Shown: positions 29,910 through 38,697 of the stretch, piece by piece
How positions within the stretch are numbered: position 1 is the first letter of the stretch
How the letters are laid out: each line of letters opens with the position of its first letter
Assembly (NCBI GenBank): GCA_965219995.1
Contig: CBDCOX010000002.1
Span: 3,744,001-3,808,000 of the forward strand
Direction of reading: 5' to 3'
DNA from: Candidatus Latescibacterota bacterium
Lineage (GTDB): Bacteria > Latescibacterota > UBA2968 > GCA-2709665
Length of the DNA stretch: 64,000 nt
The notes under the pieces: model-generated
Database searches by the model: none
What the model saw: only the letters and a program-made list of their open reading frames with translations
What the model was told of the DNA's origin: nothing
Program-made: the position numbers and the translations under genes

Positions 29910-31893
29910 TGGATTGCATCGTGAAAGACAATAGTGTCACGGCCATTTCCATCATCTGTTCGGCGTCGCCTTCCGCCGCTGTGCGTGCCAATACCAATGC
30001 CAGAGCGGTGCGTAGGAATCCCCGCTCGTCCATCTGGGACTCTGCAGCATGGCCCCAATTAACGAGAATTCTGTCCCGCTTGAAGTCCATTTCAGCGATG
30101 GGTTGGCTCGCCGTGCCCTTCTTGTGTACGACGTCGAACCGCCGCTTGAACAACATGATACCGTTGTCCCATTCAGGTCGCGATACGTCGATTGTCACCT
30201 GTTTTTTTTCATAGTCTATTGTTGCTGCTTCCGACTGACGACTTGCCTGATTTACGGCCATACCAGCCACTTTGTTGGGAACGCCAAATCCTGCCGGCTT
30301 CGCAGATGCTAACCCGTTCGGGCGCGGGCTGTTCGACTTGAGCATATCTCGTATCGCGTTGGCTTGTCGTCCGCCTTCGGTCATAAGGTGAGTTATCCCC
30401 GCCGACACATCATCCATCGCACGCCGGATGTACGCCGCGCGACTCAACGTGCTATTGATTGACGACCTCGCTTGGCTTCGTTTCAAGACGGCGTCGATGG
30501 TCCTGCCGAGATATCCGCCAACCCTTTCACCCTCTCCCCGGAAATACTTACGCAAGGCGAGAAAATCACCACTCTCCTCGTAAAAGCCCTCGCGACCTGG
30601 ATTGATCGCATCTACCGCGTCCAAGCCGCTCAGCACGTTTATCTCACCCGTGATCTGGCTCAATGCGGCCTTATGGGCTCCAGTAAGAAGGAATTCGGCG
30701 CCGAGAAAGGTCGGATCGCCGATTGCGACACCTTGGACACGTATAGAAACGCCTCGATACTCGGCCGGGAATACAACGCTTTCGTAGCCGAGAAGGAATC
30801 CTTTCGCGATAAGACCACCCTCGTTTATGTCTACTGCCGTGATCATATCCTTGTATAGCGTCGCTGCGTCCGGTTCGAACGGATAGAGTGGACGAGCCAG
30901 CTCTCTCTCCGAATTGCCGTGCCGGAGTGTCACTTTTTCCAGTGTGGGTGGCGATGCATCCTCCAAGAGGGCTTCAAGATGTCCAGCTTGATCTGGCGCC
31001 GTCGTGTACCCGATTGGTGTACATCGTGACAAATGCCACTCGACCTGTTCAAAGCCGCTGCGACTGGCAACATTTCGAACGAAGCCCTTCCGGCGCCCGG
31101 CTCGGAGTTCGCGCTTTACAAACGGCTTGAGTCCGTCTATTGCGACCGTTGTCCCTCCCGTCGATTCCCGCTCCAGCTCTTGAATTTCGATCAACGCGAA
31201 ATCGGACAGTTTTTCAAGGTCGGCAGAATCCGCGAGCTTGAGCAAGCGATCAAAGTCCAGAGTCGCTCGAAAACCCAACCTAGTGCAGTCGATGTCAAAT
31301 TCAATGTCAACCTCACCTAAATCCTTCTTGAAGTCGAGACGACCAGTCTTCGCGTTCAACTCGTAGTCGGTTGCATCAACCTTCAGCCGTTTTCCAGATT
31401 GGATCACCTTGAAACTGCACAACCTATTGAGTAACTGCGGGTCAATGGGTACGCCCAGAGCGCTGACGAGATCTATGGCCGGGTATGCCTTTACGATCGA
31501 ATGTGTCCGTTTGAACTGACGAGGACTGCTTGAAGTGATGATCATCCGGTGGCAGTAGCGTGCGAGCGCGAGGAATCCTATCCCTTTGTTCCCGATGCGG
31601 CTTCGATTTTTCTTTGGCGTCCTTTCCCCTGACCATTTACGACTGCTGCCGCCGATTCGAGTGAAGTCGCATCTGAACTCAAACGGACTCATCCCGTTGC
31701 CGTCATCCGATATCGTGGCAGACGTGAAGTCGTCAGCAAACTCGATCGAAACTTCTGTCGCGTCGGCATCGTAGGCGTTACTGACGAGTTCCTTGAACGC
31801 TTTGACGAACGGCTTATAGACGCCGGACAGCTCTCGAAGAATCGAAGGATCTACGCCGCCGACGCTCATTCCTCGGTTCGATGTCTTTATCAT
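29902..31893 (-). CDS. MORC/GHKL-type ATPase
   Basis: AFKELVSNAYDADA, DDGNGM, IGNKGIGFLA, GTTV, INPGREGF; 8-nt overlap with the next gene. Confidence 0.9.
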   Translation of the reverse strand: MIKTSNRGMSVGGVDPSILRELSGVYKPFVKAFKELVSNAYDADATEVSIEFADDFTSATISDDGNGMSPFEFRCDFTRIGGSSRKWSGERTPKKNRSRIGNKGIGFLALARYCHRMIITSSSPRQFKRTHSIVKAYPAIDLVSALGVPIDPQLLNRLCSFKVIQSGKRLKVDATDYELNAKTGRLDFKKDLGEVDIEFDIDCTRLGFRATLDFDRLLKLADSADLEKLSDFALIEIQELERESTGGTTVAIDGLKPFVKRELRAGRRKGFVRNVASRSGFEQVEWHLSRCTPIGYTTAPDQAGHLEALLEDASPPTLEKVTLRHGNSERELARPLYPFEPDAATLYKDMITAVDINEGGLIAKGFLLGYESVVFPAEYRGVSIRVQGVAIGDPTFLGAEFLLTGAHKAALSQITGEINVLSGLDAVDAINPGREGFYEESGDFLALRKYFRGEGERVGGYLGRTIDAVLKRSQARSSINSTLSRAAYIRRAMDDVSAGITHLMTEGGRQANAIRDMLKSNSPRPNGLASAKPAGFGVPNKVAGMAVNQASRQSEAATIDYEKKQVTIDVSRPEWDNGIMLFKRRFDVVHKKGTASQPIAEMDFKRDRILVNWGHAAESQMDERGFLRTALALVLARTAAEGDAEQMMEMAVTLLSFTMQSND

Positions 31894-32254
31894 TCTACAT
31901 TACTCGCTTCTCAACCGTGGGGGGAGCATTGGAAGAAAAAACACCGTTTCTTTTTCTCAGGCAAGCGGAATCTGGCTGGGATATTGTCCCAGGTTCGCGC
32001 GTCTGTGCGACGTAATAGCGCGATTGCTTCTGAGCATTGCCAGACATTTCAGTCTGACGACCGGCGATTCATCAATGATCCTGATAGACACTTGCGTACG
32101 TCTTCGGAGAGCTGCGTAATGATTGGTATCAGTACCCTATTTCTATACATACGAATCAACTGGGATTTTTGCAATACCAGCCTCAGCCATTGTAGATGAA
32201 ATATGGGATCTTCAACAAAGAAAGTTGCGATTTTCGGTGCTTCCAAAGCAGATC

Positions 32255-33133
32255 CTACCCCTTCTCTGCCATAAACGCCTCGTACAACGCCAGAGGCTGC
32301 GACAGCGTTTCGTCGATTTCGGTGACGGCGAACCGGACCTCCACGGTACGTTCGTCGCCAACGCGGAAGTCGTCCCCGAACAGCGAGAGGTAGAGGGGGT
32401 TCTGGTCCCTGAACGGGTCCTTCATGTTCTCGCTCTCGTACCCGCTGATTACCGCGTAGCAGTCCCGGGGGCGCGACATCAGCACGCCCGCAACGCCCGT
32501 CTCCAGGTTCGCACTCATGATAACCGGCGCCTCGAAATACCGTTGCGGATTCCACTGGTAGAGGCCCCAGATCCGGTCCCATCGCCCGTCGGTGGACCGC
32601 CTGGCCGCGTGCTGGTCCCTCGAGAAGACCAGTCCCGTTCCCACGAAGACGTCGTTCACCTGAGGCGCGATCCACCGCGCCCGGTCCGCGGGAATGTCGA
32701 ACGGACTGCCCTGAACGTACACGTACGGCCGCAGCGACAGGTCGAAATAGTTCGACAGGAACACTTCGTACGCCGGGTAGGGCCAGTTGGACTTCACGGT
32801 GATCGAGAGATCCACCGCATTGGGTTCGACAACCTCGTACCTGGCCGTGATCTCCGCCTTGTGTTCGTCCGTCGGCGCCCAGTGCACGTCGATCGCATTG
32901 CCCTCGGACGTAATGCTGCGCTCGTTTTCCCGGGCCTGCCCCATACAGTGGTTCTGCGAAAACATGAAAAACAGATTCAGGAGGTCGTACTTGGGGTGGA
33001 CCACCTGCGTGCCCGTCGGTTTGTGCGTCAATTCCTTGATCCCGTGCCGGTCCCCGTCCGGCTGAATGTGCCCCGCCATTTGCTCCGTCTCGAAATGCCA
33101 GACGTTCTGCTCCGCATCGTGCCTCAGCGCCAT
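32255..33133 (-). CDS. Hypothetical beta-rich protein (possibly mutarotase-like)
   Basis: AAAGGAGG RBS, host-like codon usage, last gene of a long minus-strand run. Confidence 0.65.
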   Translation of the reverse strand: MALRHDAEQNVWHFETEQMAGHIQPDGDRHGIKELTHKPTGTQVVHPKYDLLNLFFMFSQNHCMGQARENERSITSEGNAIDVHWAPTDEHKAEITARYEVVEPNAVDLSITVKSNWPYPAYEVFLSNYFDLSLRPYVYVQGSPFDIPADRARWIAPQVNDVFVGTGLVFSRDQHAARRSTDGRWDRIWGLYQWNPQRYFEAPVIMSANLETGVAGVLMSRPRDCYAVISGYESENMKDPFRDQNPLYLSLFGDDFRVGDERTVEVRFAVTEIDETLSQPLALYEAFMAEKG

Positions 33134-33182
33134 CTCAACGCCTCCTTTCAGGTCTCCAGCCAAAACCGGGTCGCGGGCCCTC

Positions 33183-35717
33183 TCACGTGAGTCTCAGACA
33201 TCTCGAAAACCCGTACGGATGCGCCGGAAGCAGGGCGCCGGCCATCGGCGGCGCGTCACTGACAATCGTCTGCCTGGCGGGCGCCTCGTATCCGGTGACC
33301 CATGCCTTCACAGTCAGTTCGTCGAGATCGTCACCCGTAATATCCAGCGTGACCGATGCCCATCCGCTGTCGTGAATGGTGAACAGATAATCGTCGCGTT
33401 CCCTCGGTCCCACGGGCGGAAGGAACCTGGCCGAGCCGTGACTGCTCCGACCCTGCCGGTGGATGCGCCGGGTCTCGTATGCGTATCGCGCCGGCACACC
33501 CTTGTATCGCGAACCACCGGCTTGGACGTGCACGCCGTCCAGCACCTTTTCCGGTCCGTGCAGGACAACGTGCAGTTCCGGACGCTCGAATCGATGCGGC
33601 ACAGCAACGTACCATTGCATCCTGTTGGTACCGTCAATTTGTTCGTCGCAGGTTGTCTCGGCGGAGAGACCGGGGATTTGCATATCCGGATGCACCGCGG
33701 GCCCCACGTCGCCCGTGAGCCGCCGGTCTCCGGGAAACCGGTATTCGCATCCCGGATCGCACAACCGGGCCATGAACGCCGCGCCGGGTATCGGTGACGC
33801 GTCCTCCTGCGCGTTGGCGAAGAACTTCAGCAACCGTACCTCGTTCCCCAACAGCGTCACCGACCCTTCCAGGTCCTGCCAGAAGGGATATACCTGCCGA
33901 ATCGTGTCCGGCGCATATCCCAACTCATCGTCCTGACCGAGATCCACGACCTGTGGTTCAGGAGAAGGATTTCGCAGCAGGAGCCACGCGCTGCCGTCCG
34001 AAGGATGCAGGAAGCCATACACTTCGCCGAAGGCCGGATTCCCCAGCACCATCCGCGTCTCCTTCGTCCCCAACTCGTCCGCGTTGAAACGCATCCAGTC
34101 CATCATCATCTGGAGTTGCTCCGCCCGGTCCAACCTCAGGCTTTCGGGATTGATCGGCATTGGCATATAGGTGGTGCCGCGGCAGGCCGCCAGCACCAGA
34201 TTGTCCAGCCAGGTATGGGGCGGATCGCCGAACGCGTTGGTCAAGGCCTGTACAAATTCGTGATTGTCATACGCGTCGAAGAAGATCGGCGTTTCCGCAC
34301 GTCGCATGATCTGATAATAGACCGTGTCCCGATGCGTCAGGGCCCGGTCGCGCTGGGTGCGAGACGGCCAGGACGCGTATTCGCAATCGCCCGAGTGTAT
34401 CAGCCAGACGTGGTTCGCCAGGCACAGCCACCAGGGACTCGGCCACCACCCGTTCCGCGTCACCAGGTCCGGGTTGACGGCCCGTAGGCGACGGTCGATC
34501 CTGTTGAACGCATTCACCGACGCCTCGCGCATGTGATCGGGTGACGGGAATCGGTCCCGGAAATCGGGATGGGTGGCGCACTCGTTGTCCCAGTCGATCT
34601 TCAGATGCACGGCGCCCACGCCTCCCACCAGCCGCTCCCAGCGCTGCGCGAGCGCTTCTTCGAAGGAGGGCTGCGCCATCACCACGAACGTACCGCTTCC
34701 GTAGGAACCTGGACCTTCGCCAACCCGCCATCCCTGCTCCTGAATCCAATCGGTGTCGAATCCCACCGGACCGTTGTGCGTGACCCACAACGCCAGTGAG
34801 AATCCCTTTCGTTTCAGATCCTCGGAAAACGCGATGAGCCGCGAATCGTCCTCGTCGTCGCCCTTGTGCCGGTAAATGGATTTCCTGTCGAACCAGCCGG
34901 CGTCAAAAGCCAGAGAATCCGGCTTCAGACCGAGATTCGATACCGCCTCTGCGTAGGCCTGGTTCATTTCGAACGAGTCGAGATACTCCCGATTGCCCAG
35001 ATAACGGACCGACCATCCCACCGAAAGATGGAATATCGGCTTCGGCAGCCGGGGCAGGCGGATCTGCCACGCGTAGTCCATAAACGCGCCACGCACGGCC
35101 TCGTGGCTCTCCGCCGCGCCGAACACCGCCGTGTAACTCTCGATGCGCCGTTCATTGTCCCACGCTGGGTGGTGAAACAGTTCGAGCCTGTCGCCGGGAA
35201 CCGCGAAACCCGCCGGATGCTCCAGCCCGGCAAACCAGTCTCCGGCCCACACCGGATACCCGCAGCCCGGAACCGGGGGTGCGTACGAGTCGAGCCCGAT
35301 CTGTTCTTCCCTGTCGGGCCCGCCGCGGACACCGTATCCCACGCGTCTCATGGGCCTTGGAGGACCGTCCTGAATGTCCACCCAGAGCCGTTCCGGTGTG
35401 GGCGCGCCCGGGCTGTCCGGCGCCTGAAGCGTCAACTGCTTTCTGAACCAGGGATTGTCTCCGTCGATCCAGTAGCGCACGCGCGCCTGAATTCCCGTGG
35501 TTTCGTGGCGATAATCGAACGCGATCCCGTCCTCACCGGGTTCCACACCGGTTCGGACAAACAGGTCCGCTGGAATCTCCACGTCGCCGAGCCGGATCAT
35601 GAACGCGGGAAAGTCGAACGCGCGGCGCGAACCCGACAGCCGATTCTCCACCTGCAGATGTCCATCCTCCCATTGCAGGCAGAGGGTGCTGTTTTCGAGT
35701 ACCCATTGATCGCTCAC
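33183..35717 (-). CDS. Glycoside hydrolase-like protein (clan GH-D/alpha-galactosidase-like barrel)
   Basis: FDAGWFD, LALW and HLKIDW motifs; N-terminal beta domain; GTG start after GGGAGG. Confidence 0.6.
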   Translation of the reverse strand: MSDQWVLENSTLCLQWEDGHLQVENRLSGSRRAFDFPAFMIRLGDVEIPADLFVRTGVEPGEDGIAFDYRHETTGIQARVRYWIDGDNPWFRKQLTLQAPDSPGAPTPERLWVDIQDGPPRPMRRVGYGVRGGPDREEQIGLDSYAPPVPGCGYPVWAGDWFAGLEHPAGFAVPGDRLELFHHPAWDNERRIESYTAVFGAAESHEAVRGAFMDYAWQIRLPRLPKPIFHLSVGWSVRYLGNREYLDSFEMNQAYAEAVSNLGLKPDSLAFDAGWFDRKSIYRHKGDDEDDSRLIAFSEDLKRKGFSLALWVTHNGPVGFDTDWIQEQGWRVGEGPGSYGSGTFVVMAQPSFEEALAQRWERLVGGVGAVHLKIDWDNECATHPDFRDRFPSPDHMREASVNAFNRIDRRLRAVNPDLVTRNGWWPSPWWLCLANHVWLIHSGDCEYASWPSRTQRDRALTHRDTVYYQIMRRAETPIFFDAYDNHEFVQALTNAFGDPPHTWLDNLVLAACRGTTYMPMPINPESLRLDRAEQLQMMMDWMRFNADELGTKETRMVLGNPAFGEVYGFLHPSDGSAWLLLRNPSPEPQVVDLGQDDELGYAPDTIRQVYPFWQDLEGSVTLLGNEVRLLKFFANAQEDASPIPGAAFMARLCDPGCEYRFPGDRRLTGDVGPAVHPDMQIPGLSAETTCDEQIDGTNRMQWYVAVPHRFERPELHVVLHGPEKVLDGVHVQAGGSRYKGVPARYAYETRRIHRQGRSSHGSARFLPPVGPRERDDYLFTIHDSGWASVTLDITGDDLDELTVKAWVTGYEAPARQTIVSDAPPMAGALLPAHPYGFSRCLRLT

Positions 35718-35756
35718 AAAAATGCCTCCCTGATGTGTCAATCAACCTGGAAATGG

Positions 35757-35835
35757 CGTGCTCGCTGAGCCCGCTTCGACTGGCTTGCAAAGCGCGCATT
35801 TCGACAAGCTTGCTTCGGCAGGCTCAGCACAGGCA
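35757..35835. repeat. TTCGAC/GCTCAGC REP-like palindrome
   Basis: gctgagcc..ggctcagc inverted arms enclosing ttcgac units. Confidence 0.75.
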
Positions 35836-35875
35836 ATGAACGCGCTTTGGCAAGTCGGTCGTCCACGTCGTTCTA

Positions 35876-38290
35876 CTATCCAATGCGAATCGTCTGCCCC
35901 GCTTCGACGGAATGCTCTGTGCCCACACCTTCACCCTTCGCGATTTCGACGACCGATTGATCGCCATCGGTGTTCGTCACATAGATTCCGCCGCCCGGTG
36001 CGGCATCGGCCCTGATATCTCCATTCACGCGCAGGGAATGCGTCACGGCCAGCAAACAGGCGCTCTCGCTGTTGAGAGGAACGTGATAGCGCACGGCATC
36101 GCCGTTCACGTCAACCGAGGCGCCGGCATAGACGAGGACGTCCTCCTGCCGCGCCTGCGTAAACGTACAAACCTCGCGCTTTTCCTCGAAATTCGCGGCC
36201 GCGAGGTAGCCGTCCGTCACCAGGCAGGCGCTCCGGTCCGGCCCCGCAAGGACGTCGAGCCGGCTGGCAGGTGTGTCTTCGTGGGCCTGCTCGGGAATCA
36301 GCAGCGCGGCCAGAGACGCGGCCTCCTCGCCCGCCCGCAACGCCCTTTCTTCCGCCAGCCGCGAAAGCGTGAGGTCGTCCGCAATCGCTCGATACGGTTT
36401 ATAGAAGTGCCGGTTCAGATAACCCGCCTCGCCCGTGGCCGAAAACACAATGCCCAGGCGGTCGTCGACATTCAGCCATTCCGGCCTGCCGAGGCTATCC
36501 TCGATATCCTCGTCCTCGCGTTCGCCGAGCCAGCCTCTGTAATCGGTTGACCCATCGGGGCGGTACAGTGTGCGGACCCCTCTGCAGTTCGGTTCGAGCA
36601 GCGGGAAATGCTCATTGGTAATCCGCAGGAACCCCTGGTCGAGCGATTCCAGCGTCAGGTCTTCCAGGGCCCTGAACCGCTCGAAAGACAGCGCACGCCC
36701 ATCCGGCAGGCTGGCGAACAACACCTGCTGCCGCAGTGACTCCTGGCACCGGTCCATGACCATCGCCACGGCGAACCCGTTGTCATAGTCCGCCACGCGC
36801 GCGCGCTTCAGGCGATGGCTGTCCGGGCGCTCCTTTACCACCGGCCTGCCCAGCCAGCTGTCCGAACAGGGCGCGATCGTATAGATGCCCTCCCTGGTCA
36901 GCGGCATTGCCATCACGGAATTCCGCCACGAAAACGAGGTTTGCCCTTTCGGATGCCGGTGATGGACGAAACCCGCGTGCGGGTATTCGCGCACCCCGGC
37001 CAGTCGCCGCTCGAGTTCGTCTTCCGGGGTAGCTTTTGGCCCCGTGCCGAACAGCCGGTGGAAAAGGTACTGGTGCGCAACCGCGCTGATCGTGACTTCC
37101 CGCATGATCATGGGGTCCTGCTGATCGTGCGCCCGTTCCGCAAAGTCCCTGTCGTACATACGCCCATCGTTGCCATCCTGCCGCAGTTCCGCGTTGCGGA
37201 GCCCCCTGCGCAGTAGCGCGGCGGCATCGGCGTCGTCGAAAAACACGGCGGCGGCCGAATGCGGGTTCTCGCTTCCGGCAGCGGGCAGATAGTGCCAGTC
37301 CATTCCCTGGACGGCCTGGGCGTATCCCCACCCGTCGGTCATCGCTTTGAGATTCTCGTAGACCCTGCGCCGGTTCCAGAACAACTCCGGCGGCAGTTCC
37401 CGTCCCCACAGCTTCAATTGAACCCCCGCCGAACTGAGCGGTCGGACGCCCGACGCGGTGTAGTTCGGATGTACCATCCCGTGATTTTCCGCCCAGTAGT
37501 CCGGTAGCGCCGTGAATATCTTTCCCGCAAGCGCTCCCGCCGTCGTCCGGCCCAATGCGCCGCGGTCCTTCGCGTCCTGCGGCGCCGAACAGGTGGAATA
37601 CATCCACCGCCTGCACGTTGCCTCCCATTCGGCGGCGTCTGCGTGGCGCTCCAGAAACAGATGGCAGGAGGTCAGACCGTTGGACGTCCAGGCATTCTCT
37701 TCCATCTGCGTATCCACGTATATCCCGCTCTTCGGGGCCATGTTCCCGAATCTGCCGGCATAGTCCGCGTGGACTCGCGCCATCATCATCCACGTCTCGT
37801 CGTCAATCCGGTCCCACAACAAAAGGCAAACACGCGCCAGCGCCGAGATCCCGTGGCCGCACTGGCTTTCCTTGAAGAACCCCAGCCCGCGTTCGCCCCA
37901 CTTGGTACCGCAGATCTCGGGACGTCCCAGTCCCACGCCGGGCCGGACGCAATCCGGCGGGCCTGAGTCGTGCGTGAAGCAAAGATACCTCAGCCCCATA
38001 ATCGCCATGCGCTGAAGGTCGCTCCTGGATACGCCAGCCCGATTCTCGTCGTACTCCGGTGAGATGCTGGCGAGGGCAAACGTCTCCACGGGCGACGTGG
38101 TCTCGGCGCCATACCAGTGGACGCCGCCGAAGAAGTGCCCGCAGTCCGGGCGGTCCGGCCATTCCTGGAAATACTCGACGCCCGTGGGAATCCACTTCTC
38201 CATCATCCGCAGATAGCGGCGACTAAGTTCGTTTTCTTCCGCCGGAAGGAATGGCGCCTTCAATTCCGTCGTGTCTTCCATTCTGACCAT
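35876..38290 (-). CDS. Hypothetical protein, possible polysaccharide-lyase-like architecture (paralog 1)
   Basis: Helical N-half and beta C-half with WLNVDD.LG; shares many blocks with 43014..45428. Confidence 0.7.
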   Translation of the reverse strand: MVRMEDTTELKAPFLPAEENELSRRYLRMMEKWIPTGVEYFQEWPDRPDCGHFFGGVHWYGAETTSPVETFALASISPEYDENRAGVSRSDLQRMAIMGLRYLCFTHDSGPPDCVRPGVGLGRPEICGTKWGERGLGFFKESQCGHGISALARVCLLLWDRIDDETWMMMARVHADYAGRFGNMAPKSGIYVDTQMEENAWTSNGLTSCHLFLERHADAAEWEATCRRWMYSTCSAPQDAKDRGALGRTTAGALAGKIFTALPDYWAENHGMVHPNYTASGVRPLSSAGVQLKLWGRELPPELFWNRRRVYENLKAMTDGWGYAQAVQGMDWHYLPAAGSENPHSAAAVFFDDADAAALLRRGLRNAELRQDGNDGRMYDRDFAERAHDQQDPMIMREVTISAVAHQYLFHRLFGTGPKATPEDELERRLAGVREYPHAGFVHHRHPKGQTSFSWRNSVMAMPLTREGIYTIAPCSDSWLGRPVVKERPDSHRLKRARVADYDNGFAVAMVMDRCQESLRQQVLFASLPDGRALSFERFRALEDLTLESLDQGFLRITNEHFPLLEPNCRGVRTLYRPDGSTDYRGWLGEREDEDIEDSLGRPEWLNVDDRLGIVFSATGEAGYLNRHFYKPYRAIADDLTLSRLAEERALRAGEEAASLAALLIPEQAHEDTPASRLDVLAGPDRSACLVTDGYLAAANFEEKREVCTFTQARQEDVLVYAGASVDVNGDAVRYHVPLNSESACLLAVTHSLRVNGDIRADAAPGGGIYVTNTDGDQSVVEIAKGEGVGTEHSVEAGQTIRIG

Positions 38291-38365
38291 TTCATCTTCT
38301 CCTTGCTCCAATACAGCTGTCAGCAATCAGCCATCAGCAGTCAGCCCGTCCACCCATCCCGACCC

Positions 38366-38645
38366 ATGGGTAGACGGTAGACGTGAGACGGGAGATGATG
38401 TCAGTGCCAAAAAACGGGTAGACGTAAGACGTGAGACGTGAGATATTGTCTGCCCCGTTGGGTTTCACTTCTTGCCGGAGGCATTTAGGTACGAACCAAT
38501 CGGGCAATGACGTCATCTACCGTCTACCGTCTTGCGTCTCACCGGTTTTCTTGCCCCGTCCGGTTTCATTTTGCGCCGAAGGCATTAAGTACGAACCAAT
38601 CGGGCAAGGGCTTCTTCTACCGTCTTGCGTCTCACGTCTCCCCGC
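38366..38645. repeat. GAGACG-unit element, copy D (two cores, reverse orientation)
   Basis: Two copies of gccgNaggcatt..gtacgaaccaatcgggcaa..tctaccgtct. Confidence 0.85.
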
Positions 38646-38697
38646 CTTTGATTTTCTTTGTGTCTTCGTGTCTCCGTGTGAGTCGAATTTTGCCACC

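Larger units (their letters stand above)
23420..32230. mobile_element. Compositionally distinct genomic island (approximate limits, no integrase seen)
   Basis: Abrupt shift to more AT-rich sequence by eye, absence of the host repeats, and defence-type gene content. Confidence 0.65.
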
